The notes under the pieces are model-generated. The model did not search any database and was not told the DNA's origin. It worked only from the letters and a program-made list of their open reading frames with translations. A stretch of 64,000 nucleotides of DNA from Octopus sinensis (taxonomy: Eukaryota). Below, piece after piece: positions 12,521-24,620 of this stretch. The stretch spans positions 3,472,001 through 3,536,000 of the forward strand of contig NC_043010.1 of the NCBI RefSeq assembly GCF_006345805.1. Reading direction: 5' to 3'. Made by a program: the position numbers and the translations under genes. The first letter of the stretch is position 1. Each line of letters begins with the position of its first letter.

Positions 12521-13179
12521 TCTTTTGTATTTGCATTTTGCCAATTTCAAGCATTCACTAACGATGTGCCTTTCATCCTTTTGCAGTCGATAAAATGAGC
12601 ACCAGCTGAGCATAGGGGTAGATGTAATAGATTCATCTCCTCTCCTGAAATTGCTTGCCTTGAGCCAAAATTTTAAACCAATATCTTAATTAACAGAGGG
12701 TTGTGAATTGGCAGACTCATAAGTGTCTGAGATGAAACTCCTTGCAGTATGTATTTAGTTATAGCTTTTCAAATTCTGAGTTCCAATCATACCAAGATCA
12801 ACTTTACCATTCATTCTTTTGAAATCAATAAAATAAAGTACCAGTCAAGAACTAGGATTGATTTAATCAACTATGTCTTCCTCCTCCAAAAACTGTATAA
12901 CCTTATGCTATATTAAAAATCAATATTACAATTGACCTCACAGCACATACCATAATGACTATCTCACAACTGTTCCGTTGCAACTGAGAAGCTTTATTAT
13001 CAAGTGAGGAGTCATAGCATAGCATAAGCACTCAGGCACCAAACCTAGCCAGATATATTCTCTCTGAACTATCATGACTTTCTGTCTTTCAGAATTGATT
13101 CTCGTCTCACAAACAAAATTCCAAGATTTCTCAAACTCTTCGTTTCTTGAGTTATTTGAGAAATAATAAAAAAAATAGT

Positions 13180-13420
13180 TTTGATATGGATTTGAAATGA
13201 TTTGGGTTTCAAATTTTGGCACAAGGCCAGCAGTTTCAGGGAAGTGGGGAAATCAATCACATCGATCCCAGTGTTCAACTGGTGCTTATTTTTTCGACCC
13301 TGGAAGGTTGAAAGGCAAAGTTGACTTAGGTGGAATTTGAACTCACAATATAAAGATGGACGAAATGCTGCTAATCATGTTTTCCCAGGATGCTAATGAT
13401 TCTACAAGCTCTTACCTTTG
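13180..13420 (-). mobile_element. Degenerate SINE, family C variant
   Basis: caaattttggcacaaggccagc..gaaaggcaaagttgac..ggaatttgaactca. Confidence 0.75.
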
Positions 13421-14074
13421 GACATGAAATAATATTGATAAATATTATTATTTTTAACTATCTCAAAAATCATAGGAGAACAAATTGTAAAACATTGAAC
13501 AGAAATTTAGAAATATAAAATAAATATATAGAAATAAATGAATATTTACACGTGGTGTCAAAAAGATACTGAATTTATAAGAGTGAACGTAATTGTATAT
13601 TTGTAGAGATGTGTATGCGTGAGTGCGTGTGTTTGTGTCTCTTGGCGTGTCTGTGTTCAACATTTTTTCTCTCTTCCCCACTCTTAACATTCTAAAATTT
13701 AACAGAAAATATCATTTAGCAAGAAGCAAGCTCCCAGTTGGTTAATACATGACCTGGTACACAACAATGGTTTTTAATTATCACTTGCTGCAAGTTCACT
13801 TCATTTTTACCACTAATACCATTAAGGAAAGACATAAATATTGATTTCTAGCAAAAGCATGAGACCTCAGATTTAGGGAATGTACATAATCGATGAAATC
13901 AACACCAGAGACGTATATCCTGGGTGTGTTGTGTGAGTGCTGCACGGTCGTCAATGGTAATAAATTTTCTTCATAATAATTCTGATCATTCAATGTTACA
14001 ATATAGTCTTGTCACAACAATAATAACAACAACAACAACAACAACAGCAGTAGCATATACATATACATATACAA

Positions 14075-14304
14075 GGCGGAGAGCGGGCAGAAACGTTAGC
14101 ACGCCGGACGAAATGCGTAGCCGTATTTCATCTGTCGTTACGTTGTGAGTTCAAATTCCGCCGAGGTCGACTTTGCCTTTCATCATTTCGGGGTCGATAA
14201 ATAAAGTACCAGTTGCGCACTGGGGTCGATGTAATCGTCTTAATCCCTTTGTCTGTCCTTGTTTGTCCCCTCTATGTTTAGCCCCTTGTGGGCAATAAAG
14301 AAAT
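14075..14304 (+). mobile_element. SINE, family C (reference copy)
   Basis: ggcggagagcgggcagaaacgttagcacgccgg..gagttcaaattccgccgaggtcgactttgcctttcat..ttgtgggcaataaagaaat; more than 10 related copies in the window. Confidence 0.9.
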
Positions 14305-15059
14305 ATATACATATTAATGTATAGAAATAGCCTAAAGTTTGTATCCTTTATCTCTAACCTTTCACTGGCTTCAGTCATTAGATTGCAGCCAAGCTGGGGC
14401 ACTGCCTTGAAGAATTTTTAGTCAAATAAATCAACCCCAGGACATATTATTCTTTAAAGCTTGGTCTTTATTCTCAGATGTCAAGTGGTGGCGTGGGACA
14501 AACACAGACACATACGCACATCCACTCACAAGGCTTCGGTTGGCCCAAGGTTATAGCAGAAGACATATGCCCAAGGTGCTACACTGCTGGACTGAACCTA
14601 GAACATGTGATTAAGAAGCCATGCCTGGATGTTTATTTTTTAGTAATATTTTTGTCAGAGTAGTGGGCTCAGCATGACACCACACTGTGACTGCCACCAC
14701 AGATCAACACTTGTGCTTGACTGGTACTCTTCTTATTGATCACAGAAGGATAAAAAGGCAAAGACAGGCTAGGCAGGATTTGAACCCATGAATATTAAAA
14801 TAATTTGTATGTCATTTTGTAAGATTCTTGGTGTGAACTTGTGTGTTAAAACATATTTTGTTGTATCTGGAGAGAGTCATTATATCAGTGGTGACAAACC
14901 TGAAGCAGACCCGGAGTAGAGAATCTATGTAGTTGATGAAGTCATGAAAGGTGACAAAAGGACTTTGACAAACCTAGCTGACCGATTGACCGACCAAATG
15001 ATTAATAAAACAATCGATTACTTAATAGGTTAAATGGTTAACCAAGTGACAAATGATAA

Positions 15060-15530
15060 TTCTTTCTACTTTAGGGACAAGTCCAAAAATGTGTGGATGG
15101 AAGGGAGCTAGTTGATCACATCAAACACCCCACCCCTCCCACTACCAGTGCTCAACTGGGGGATGATGTAATTGATCCCCTAAAGGATGAAAGGCAAAGT
15201 TGACCTTGGCAGAATTTGAACTCAGAATGTAAAGACATGAAATGCCACTAAATATTTTGTCTGGTATTCTAGCAATTCTGCCAGCTCACTGCCTTCAATT
15301 GACTTACAATAATGACTTCAAATTTTGGCACAAGGCCAGCAAGTTCGGGTGGGGGTGGGTAAGTCAATTACATTGATCCTAGTGTTCAACTGGTACTTAT
15401 TTTATCAATTCCAAAAGGATGAAAGGCAAAGTTGACCTCAGCAGAATTTGAACTCAGAACATAGACATGGATGAAATGCCACTAAACATTTTACCTAGCA
15501 GACAAACAATTCTACCAGCTCACTGCCTTC
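15060..15530 (-). mobile_element. Two tandem degenerate family C SINEs
   Basis: gatgaaaggcaaagttgacc..agaatttgaactcagaa occurs at about 15187 and 15419. Confidence 0.8.
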
Positions 15531-17744
15531 AACTGACTAATGAAAATAAAAGAAGCTAAATAGAACCAGTGTGTGTGTGTTTATTATTGGCATAATGATC
15601 CTCCCAAGATACAACAAAATCTATTTGTACATTCCCATGAATTTTCAATTTTTAATTGAATTACAGTCAATTTCAAAGAGGTATTCAGTTTATCTTTTAC
15701 TTGCTACAGTCACTGATCTATGACCAAATAAGGGCACCGTCTTTACAGGGTTTAGCCAAGCAAATCAACCTCTGTACTTATTTTTCAAACTTGGCTTTTA
15801 TTCTAATGGTCTCTTTTGCTGAACCACTAAGTTATGCAGATGTAAACAAACCAAGTTATCAAGTTGGTAGTCGTGGACAAACACACACACACACACTTAT
15901 ATTCTAGCAAAAAATGGGATGGGCATAATTCTTGACCATAATTCTGCTCCACAGTTCATAGAAAGCTCTGGACCATGGCTCTGCTTGATAAGGGATAAAC
16001 AACAATAATAATTTGGCAGCTAATAAGCAAACCTGAAATAAACAACCAGCTCTAGTAGAAAGCACGTTTCCCTCAAATTAAACATTAGTCTTTTGAAACA
16101 AGGTAGGATGTATCGTTAGTCATAGTCTTAAACAGCACTTAGAAGGTGGTGATGATGCTTTTGGTCATAGGACAGCTCAACCAAGGTTGACCTGGGGCTA
16201 GACTGCAATAACCACAGCAACATCTGACATCTCTAACAAACTAGACATTCAAATGAGTCATGAAACATATATTCTGTTTAAATGTTATAAATATAAATAC
16301 TAAGTAAGAAAAATAACAAATGAAATTTAATTAAAGGGAAGATACTGAACAGTTTGTTAAATTAGTATAAGAATGGTTTTTATTGATTTTATTATTATTT
16401 TTTGGCAAAATCAAAGAAGGAATGGTAATGCTTGTAATCCCTTTCAGAATCTTTATAACAGGTGGGAAAAACAAATAAAAAAAGCAAAAAACAAAACGAA
16501 CAGGAAAAAGAAAAAGTAGAGAGGTAATCCCCCAAACCAGATATCTGGACCTGAATACATAGGAGGTGTACTTCACTAAAGGAACCCAAAGGCCTAGTTT
16601 CCTAGAAATCATGATGATAATGATGATGATGATGTGGTGGAGGAGGAAGAGGGGTTCCCTTTCTCCCATCTCCCTCACCCTCTTTCTTGCTCTCTCTCAT
16701 TCTTTCTTGCTCTCTCTTAATCTTACATGCTTCACTTGGCCTAATAAACTTGTGCTGATTCGATTGGCTAATGCCATTTGTTTGCAAAAATTAGCTTTAT
16801 GCCAACTCATAAGAAAAATCAATAATTTTTTTTTTCTTTTTCTTTTTAAACTCCTTAATTATGCCACTATTGTGATTATGAAATTAATGCTAATACCAAT
16901 CAATGATTTAGTTTTCAGAAACAAAACTTTGCTGCCATGTAACTCATCTGCAAACAAGGATCACACTTTTTCACTTTTATCTCTTTCTATATATAATCCA
17001 TTATCATGAACTGTAGAGTGTTTTATAAACTTTCATGACCAGTCAGCATATAATAAATATATAAAAAGTTCTTTTCTTTTTACATTCTTATTATGTAATG
17101 AATGAAAGAGAGAGAGGGGGTGAAAAGAGAGGGAGGGAGGGAGAGAGAGAGAGAGGGAGACAGAATTTCCAAAGATGAAGCTTTGCACGACTGAGTCCGA
17201 ATAAAGCCATTCATATGGAATAAAAGAAGACCTGCCAGTTTACACCCATGCACAAATGCACATCTTTACAAACATGGGTAACATTCATTAATTACAGCTT
17301 TAGTTCAACTTCTATTTTTCCTTTCTTTCTTGCCTTCTGTTTTTCATTCCTTCCTTCTTCCTTTCATTGCTCCACACACACACAAATAGATTTAAAATTC
17401 AGACACACAAACACACAAACACACAAGCACACACACATGCACACATTCATATGAACTCATATGGAAAACTTTATTGAAAAGTTATGTTAAATGGACAAGT
17501 TTTAACGTAAAACTTCTGAACAGAAATATAATACAAGAAGAATGCAACTACACCTTTATATTGATTGAATAACTAAATAATTAACACTAATTAGCAACAA
17601 AAAAAAAGTAGTAAAAAGGAACCCAACTTGTTTGACATATAGAAGCATTTCCTGATCTATGAATGGGTTAAAACCCAAATTAGGACATGGTGTAATTAGG
17701 TAAGCTGTAACGATAAAATCTTTTACTTACGAAAGACATGGTTT

Positions 17745-18030
17745 TGTGACTAAGAAACTTATTTTGCAACCATGCTGTTTTGAGTTCAGTCCCACTGAGT
17801 AGCACCTTCAGCAAGTATTTTTTTTTTACAATAGTCCCAGGATGACCAATGCCTCGTAAGTTAATTCAGTTGACACAAACTGTATGGAAACCTTTTGTAT
17901 ATATGTATATATGCACGTGTGTGTGTGTCTTTGTGTGTGTCCCCACCACTGCTTGACAACCAGTGTTAGTTTGTTTACATCCGCATAGCTTAGCAGTTTA
18001 GAAAAAGAGGCTGATAGAAGATATATCAGA
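17745..18030 (+). mobile_element. Degenerate SINE, family A
   Basis: gagttcagtcccactg..gcaccttcagcaagt..ccactgcttgacaaccagtgtt..cttagcag. Confidence 0.7.
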
Positions 18031-18766
18031 CTTTTCAAAAAATGGGAACTGGATTTTTAGTTTTTATATTATTATATTATTTAGTTTCAGCTCACAAACT
18101 GTGGCCATGCTGGGGCACCGCCATTTGGTGTTGCTACATGATTTTACTTCATGAATGCTTTTTAGCAAATGCCATCTGGTGCATGAGAGAGTTCGATGCA
18201 GCTGCCCTCATCTGCACCTCCTGCCGTGAAGTTGGTTCATCTGGGACACCTGACAGGAAGAGATCCAGTTTCATTTTAAAGACATCTGCATCCAGTTTGT
18301 TCAAGGTGGTGCCCCAGCATGGTCACAGTCTAATAACTGAACCATGTAAGATGAAAAATAACTGTAAAAGTGTTCCTGAAATATTATACTTAAGCCAGAG
18401 GTATAGAAACCCTAATGAAACGTATATTGTAAACGAAACCAAGAAATATTTTCCAGACATCGATTAATCAAATTTATAGAAAAAATTTTATTCATTTTTT
18501 TCTTTTAACTTTTATTCTTATATTCTTTTATTTGTTTCAGTGATTAGACTGCAGCCATGATAGGCCACAGCCTTGAAGGGCTTAGACAAACAAATTGACC
18601 CCTATATTTTTTCTCTAGGCCTGGTACCTATTCTGTCGGCCTTGTTTTGGCAAACAGTTTAAGTTATGGGGATGTAAACAAACCAACACCAGTGTCAAGT
18701 GGTTGTGGAGTTCAAACAAAAAAAAACAAACAAACATACACACACACACACACACACATGCACACA

Positions 18767-18802
<36 letters not shown>

Positions 18803-18807
18803 CATAC

Positions 18808-18839
<32 letters not shown>

Positions 18840-18851
18840 TGTGTGTATATA

Positions 18852-18898
<47 letters not shown>

Positions 18899-18952
18899 TA
18901 TTGGTGAATTGAAGAAATGGAGCTGAACGCAGATTGAACAGAAATCGTTTTA

Positions 18953-19043
18953 TTTCATTCTACACGTGTTTCGAAAGGCACAAATTACCAAAATCCGATT
19001 GAATAATGGGACCATATTGTGTCTTTCTCTTCAGGAAGAAAAA
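18953..19043 (-). ncRNA. Type I hammerhead ribozyme (left-arm copy)
   Basis: Reverse complement of 21078-21168; CUGAAGA at 19034-19028, predicted GUA cleavage between 18961 and 18960. Confidence 0.8.
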
Positions 19044-19766
19044 GGAAATCCGTTGGAAAAACAAAACAGAACAGAGGCAGAGCAAAAAACAAATCGAACT
19101 GTGCTCCTAAGAGCCCATGGCGAAACTGTTTATCAGTGTATGTTGAGAACCGGTGGCTGAAGAATTCAACAGGTCAGGCATCGGTCAATCATGTGGGTGA
19201 GGGTGTATAGATGTTCTTTGTGACCGAGAATAAGTTCTGACTATTTAAAGAATATTGGATGTTTTGTAAGGGGCGAGAAAAAATCTACTTAGAGACGTGT
19301 GTGTGTGTATACTGTTCTATATATGTGTGTGTTGGCGTAGGGGTAGAAAACATTTTTTGTGTACGTGTGTGCGTTTGATCGTTCGGCTGTCAGTGGCTAC
19401 TGCCGTGATAACCGTTGGGTGGCAGAAAGAAAAAAATAAAGAAATTATATATATATATATGTTTTATGTGTGTGTGTGTGTGTTCATCTAAGCCTGCCTT
19501 GACAAGGAAACCCCCCGCTGTGAAAAAACAAGCCCCGTTTGTCTTACAGGAGTAATTTCCCTTGCAGTGGTTAATTGTAGATATCTTAAAATCTATTTCA
19601 GAATTTGTTACCAAGGGCTAAGGGTGCCGGTCTTATTTATAAACGCTATTTAAAGGCCAGATAAGTGTAACGCCGCCAATGGGGGCATCGAAAAGCCGAC
19701 TGTAAGAGCCCGTTTACCATCCGGCCTCTGGCAAACAAAATATGGAAGAGTTCGGAGACACAAAGG

Positions 19767-20474
19767 TTGCACTGTCTTCTCAGCTCCAGCCAGGGAGTAC
19801 CCACTAGGGGTATAGTTATAAATAGGGGTGTTGTGGTTGATGGTAACAATGGGAGTAGGGTAGAGAGCCCCTTTAGCATCCCCAGCATCATTTCCCGCAA
19901 TAGCAGTACCACGGGCAGTAGCAATGACAGCACTCTGATAGATAGTGGAGAATCAGGGGTTATTCCTATAGTTAATAGTGACGTAGTGGAAAATAGAGTA
20001 GTAAGCGGCTGCAGGTCTCGGAACGAATATAGTGACAGGAACGCAGTTCTAATTTCAGAAACCAATCCTAGCAGAGTAAGATTCACGTCGGCGAACTCCA
20101 AGATCAAAAACGCCGTCTACCAATGCAAGGTTTACACGGACTCAGATGCCTTCACTTATATAGGGGCATCATCCTCAAGATTGTCTTTGCGTGTCTCCAA
20201 CCATTACGCAACTTTTCGGGACGTGAACAAGCGCCAGACCACGGGACTCAGTAAGCTAATATGGCGACTGAAGGATGCGAACTTAAGTTATAGGCTGGAA
20301 TGGTCAATTTTGTCGGTGGCCCTCCCATTTGATAGGGGCAGAAGACAGTGCAACCTTTGTGTCTCCGAACTCTTCCATATTTTGTTTGCCAGAGGCCGGA
20401 TGGTAAACGGGCTCTTACAGTCGGCTTTTCGATGCCCCCATTGGCGGCGTTACACTTATCTGGCCTTTAAATAG
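19767..20474 (+). CDS. GIY-YIG endonuclease of a Penelope-like element; no RT, no in-frame ATG before the domain (5'-truncated or non-autonomous)
   Basis: AVY..(9)..YIG motif, catalytic-type R (LRVSNH), LSKLIWRLK, WSIL, CNLCVSE, VNG and RCPH; stop-free over 235 codons. Confidence 0.8.
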   Translation: MHCLLSSSQGVPTRGIVINRGVVVDGNNGSRVESPFSIPSIISRNSSTTGSSNDSTLIDSGESGVIPIVNSDVVENRVVSGCRSRNEYSDRNAVLISETNPSRVRFTSANSKIKNAVYQCKVYTDSDAFTYIGASSSRLSLRVSNHYATFRDVNKRQTTGLSKLIWRLKDANLSYRLEWSILSVALPFDRGRRQCNLCVSELFHILFARGRMVNGLLQSAFRCPHWRRYTYLAFK

Positions 20475-21077
20475 CGTTTATAAATAAGACCGGCACCCTT
20501 AGCCCTTGGTAACAAATTCTGAAATAGATTTTAAGATATCTACAATTAACCACTGCAAGGGAAATTACTCCTGTAAGACAAACGGGGCTTGTTTTTTTCA
20601 CAGCGGGGGGTTTCCTTGTCAAGGCAGCTTAGATGAACACACACACACACACATAAAACATAATATATATATATAATTTCTTTATTTTTTTTCTTTTTGC
20701 CACCCAACGTTATCACGGCAGTAGCCACTGACAGCCGAACGATCAAACGCACACACGTACACAAAAATGTTTTCTACCCCTACGCCAACACACACATATA
20801 GAACAGTATACACACACACACGTCTCTAAGTAGATTTTTTCTCGCCCCTTACAAAACATCCAATATTCTTTAAATAGTCAGAACTTTATTCTCGGTCACA
20901 AAGAACATCTATACACCCTCACCCACATGATTGACCGATGCCTGACCTGTTGAATTCTTCAGCCACCGGTTCTCAACATACACTGATAAACAGTTTCGCC
21001 ATGGGCTCTTAGGAGCACAGTTCGATTTGTTTTTTGCTCTGCCTCTGTTCTGTTTTTGTTTTTCCAACGGATTTCCT

Positions 21078-21168
21078 TTTTTCTTCCTGAAGAGAAAGAC
21101 ACAATATGGTCCCATTATTCAATCGGATTTTGGTAATTTGTGCCTTTCGAAACACGTGTAGAATGAAA
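21078..21168 (+). ncRNA. Type I hammerhead ribozyme (right-arm copy)
   Basis: CUGAAGA 21087-21093; stem II GAAAGACACAA (21094-21104) with UUGUGCCUUUC (21138-21148); GAAA 21149-21152; palindromic ACACGUGU stem III; GUA cleavage after 21160; stem I UUUCUUC with GAA(U)GAAA. Confidence 0.82.
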
Positions 21169-21379
21169 TAAAACGATTTCTGTTCAATCTGCGTTCAGCT
21201 CCATTTCTTCAATTCACCAATAATGTTTTAATTTCAATTATCCGCACCAACGCACGGTTGCAACGCCAGATGGTTGTACCTCCAACCGTGCTGTTCACTG
21301 CTGTGATTTTTGCTACTAAGGTATCGGTTAAACTTTTGATTAATCTACTACAAGATTATTCATCTTTCTATTTCACATA

Positions 21380-21413
<34 letters not shown>

Positions 21414-21637
21414 ATATATACATACACATACACACACAACTTGGGACAAAGTCAGACACAGAATTAAGTTCAATGCTCTCCAGAATTGTCAAAGACATGC
21501 TTCAATTTTTCTAAAATTGAATAAATAAAATAATGATGAATGCACATGTGTTTGTAAATGGTAAACAAAAGGAATAATAAGAAGAACTCAATACAAATAA
21601 AATTTGAACTGTTTTGTGCCATGACTTTTAGCCCAAA

Positions 21638-21678
<41 letters not shown>

Positions 21679-22084
21679 CAGGAGTGGCTGTGTGGTAAGT
21701 AGCTTGCTAACCAACAACATGGTTCCGGGTTCAGTCCCACTGCGGGGCATGTTGGGCAAGTGTCTTCTGCTATAGCCTCGGGCTGACCAAAGCCTTGTGA
21801 GTGGATTTGGTAGACGGAAACTGAAAGAAGCCTGTCGTATATATGTATATATATATATATGTGTATGTGTGTATGTGTTTGTCCCCCTAGCATTGCTTGA
21901 CAACCGATGCTGGTGTGTTTACGTACCCGTCACTTAGCGGTTCGGCAAAAGGGACTGATAGAATAAGTACTGGGCTTAGAAAGAATAAGTCTCGGGGTCG
22001 ATTTGCTCGACTAAAAGCGGTGCTCCAGCATGGCCTCGGTCAAATGACTGAAACAAGTAAAAGAGTAAAAGAGTAAAAAGAGTA
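21679..22084 (+). mobile_element. SINE, family A, inserted in (TA)n
   Basis: Near-complete match to family A; TA runs on both sides. Confidence 0.92.
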
Positions 22085-22533
22085 ATATATATATATATAT
22101 ATATATATATGTCTTCTATCAGTTACTGTCTACCAAATCTACTTGCAAGGCTGTGATTAGCCAGGAGGCTATAGCAGAATACACTTGCCCAAGATGCCAT
22201 GCAGTGGAACTGAACTCAGAAATATGTGGTTGGGAAGCAAGCTTCTTACCACAGGGTCATGGAAGATTATTGATTTGCTAAAAATGGGTTGCTTTAACAG
22301 ATGGCAAGGAACCACTTTCTTATTGAAACCTGCTGAATTTATCTCCCTTGCTTGTTCTAAGTTTTAAGCATCGCCAAGAACGTCTGTCTAGCAATTGCTT
22401 TGAGTACCGTACTGAATGGCATTACAGGACACTTTGTTTTTACCATAAAGTCTCAAAAATATCATCTCATGGCCTATATGGAAAGTGGAACCTATATTAG
22501 ATATATTAATGCACTAAAAATATTTTTCTTGAA

Positions 22534-22918
22534 TGTGTGGTAAGTAGCTTGTCTACCAACCACATGGTTCCGAGTTCAGTCCCACTGCGTGGCACCTTGG
22601 GCAAGTGTCTTCTACTATAGCCTCAGGCCGACCAAAGCCTTGTGAGTGGATTTGGTAGACGGAAACTGAAAGAAGCCCGTCGTATATATGTATATATATA
22701 TATGCGTGTGTGTGTTTGTGTGTCTGTGTTTGTCCCCTAGCATTGCTTGACAACCGATGCTGGTGTGTTTATGTCCCCGTTACTTAGCAGTTCGGCAAAA
22801 GAGACCGATAGAATAAGTACTGGGCTTACAAAAGAATAAGTCCCGGGGTCGAGTTGCTCGATTAAAGGCGGTGCTCCAGCATGGCCACAGTCAAATGACT
22901 GAAACAAGTAAAAGAGTA
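22534..22918 (+). mobile_element. SINE, family A (slightly 5'-truncated)
   Basis: Match to family A from tgtgtggtaagtagc to aaagagta. Confidence 0.92.
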
Positions 22919-23524
22919 TGCTCTGCTGAAATTGGGATATGTATAATACACCTGTAGATCTGTTATGCCATCAAATACAATAATCTCAGTTTAGCGAAGT
23001 TTTTCAACTCACTAAATTATATGAGATCTTGTTATATCCATCTTAATCTTTGAGTGACTGCATTACAAATCAAATATATAACTCATGCTCATGTGTTTTG
23101 ACATTGAATTGTTTTTTATTTTTTTGCTGTTTTCATGGATTCTCATGATTCTGTCCCCATCCAGTTCTATTGTTATGAATTTGAATCAGGGGCTTGAGTC
23201 ATAATGAATCTTTCATTAGCTGATTGCACAACCATGGACACCTCTCCCATGGATGCATTGCAGTTATTCTCTTGATAGAACTTGGTGATCCTGCCTGTTG
23301 ATCATCTTCAATTCCTCCCCTCAGCATCAGTTGACCTCTTCTGCTACCTCTTCACAATCTGCCATCCTGCGGTCCCATGACTTTGCCGTATCCTTGGCAA
23401 GGTGGCTGAACAAGTGCTATGCTTTGTCAAAGAGCAGCCCATAACTGTGCAGGGCATAGTCGTCACTCCGTAAGGTATTTTTAGAATACCTACATATCCA
23501 CAATTTTGAACATGACATATTTAA

Positions 23525-23930
23525 ATGGGAATGGTTCCTACAGCCGGTCTTCGTCATCGCCTGAATCTCCGGCCCCTCCCTTCGGTGCTTCTACAACGGC
23601 GCTTAAGGTGGTTCGGTCATGCAGCCCAGCGTCCAGAGGGTGAGCTGATCCGCAATGTCCTCCTCCCACCTCCACTTCCCAACTGGCGCAAACGCACAGG
23701 TGGGCAGCTGAAGACCTGGGCAACAACGATAAAGGAGGACCTCTCCAAAATCTCAGGTCCACAGGTGGTCAGTCTACGCAGATGGAACCGCGAATGGCTC
23801 GCTATCTCCAGTGACCTCGCACAGGACCGTTGAGCATGGGCCACCATGGTCCGTGATGCTGTCAGGACCAGAGAAGAAGCTGGCTCAACCTGCCCTGGGT
23901 GAACGCCGTCACAAACAAGCAAGCAAAAGT
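23525..23930 (+). mobile_element. 3' fragment of an RTE-type LINE
   Basis: LQRRLRWFGHAAQR..WRKRTGGQLKTWATTIKEDL..LAQDR*AWATMV is the typical RTE C-terminal pattern; ends in a caagcaagcaa tail. Confidence 0.82.
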
Positions 23931-24039
23931 ATGGTGAGATCTCACATATAAAATAACCTACATGTTTTGTACCTAAGAAGCACTAATATATTTTATCTTA
24001 TCTACTTTTCCAATTTTTTCTCACACTGAAGCATAATTG

Positions 24040-24250
24040 TTTCTACTATAGGAACAAGGCTTTAAATTTTGGAGGAGGGTCTGGTCGATTATATCGATCC
24101 CAATGCTTGACTGGTGCTTACTTTATTGACTCTGAAAGGTTGAAAGACTAAATCGACCTTGGTAGAATTTGAACTCAAATCATAAAGACAAACAAAATGC
24201 TTAGCAGGATTTTTTTTGATGTGCTAACGATTCTACCAGCTCGCCGCTTT
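24040..24250 (-). mobile_element. Degenerate SINE, family C variant
   Basis: atcgaccttggtagaatttgaactca..gctaacgattctaccagctcgccgc. Confidence 0.75.
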
Positions 24251-24401
24251 AACACTGAAACATAATGTCATCCATTAATATTTTGACCATAAATTTCAAC
24301 CTCAAAAGTATGAAAGTCAACGTTGATTTTGGCAAGAGTTGATCTTAGAACACAGAGAACCAGAACAGATACTGCAGAGTATTATATGTAATGCCCTAAA
24401 G

Positions 24402-24620
24402 CAGTGCTTTTCAACCTTTTTGCTGGAGCAGAACCCCAAGAAAACATTTCACTGGGTCGAGGAACCCCTGTGCAATAATTTAATTGTCTTATGCACACAT
24501 ATCTGCACAGGAGAATTAAAAATTACTGTCGATTTTAGCATTTTTGTAACTTCTTGCAGAACCCCTGGACTGTACTGGCGGAACACTAAGGTTCCGGGGT
24601 ACCCTGGTTGAAAACCACTA
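24402..24620. mobile_element. hAT (Charlie-like) MITE, 219 bp
   Basis: TIRs cagtgcttttcaacc / ggttgaaaaccacta; 8-bp TSD ccctaaag (24394-24401) / ctctaaag (24621-24628). Confidence 0.85.

Larger units (their letters stand above)
18895..21380 (+). mobile_element. Penelope-like element in inverted (palindromic) configuration: left arm 18895-19780, spacer 19781-20339, right arm 20340-21226, unpaired 3' extension to about 21380
   Basis: Arms are reverse complements with only a few differences; contains a GIY-YIG ORF and hammerhead folds; both ends abut (TA)n. Inverted pseudo-LTRs, hammerheads and microsatellite targeting are known traits of Penelope-like elements. Confidence 0.88.

Noticed and set aside
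18042-18467. 141-aa ORF
   Set aside because: Stitched from SINE-tail fragments; no recognisable domain.
19128-19170. CGAAAC..CTGAAGA arrangement suggesting a type II hammerhead in the arms
   Set aside because: Stem II cannot form and position 17 would be G.
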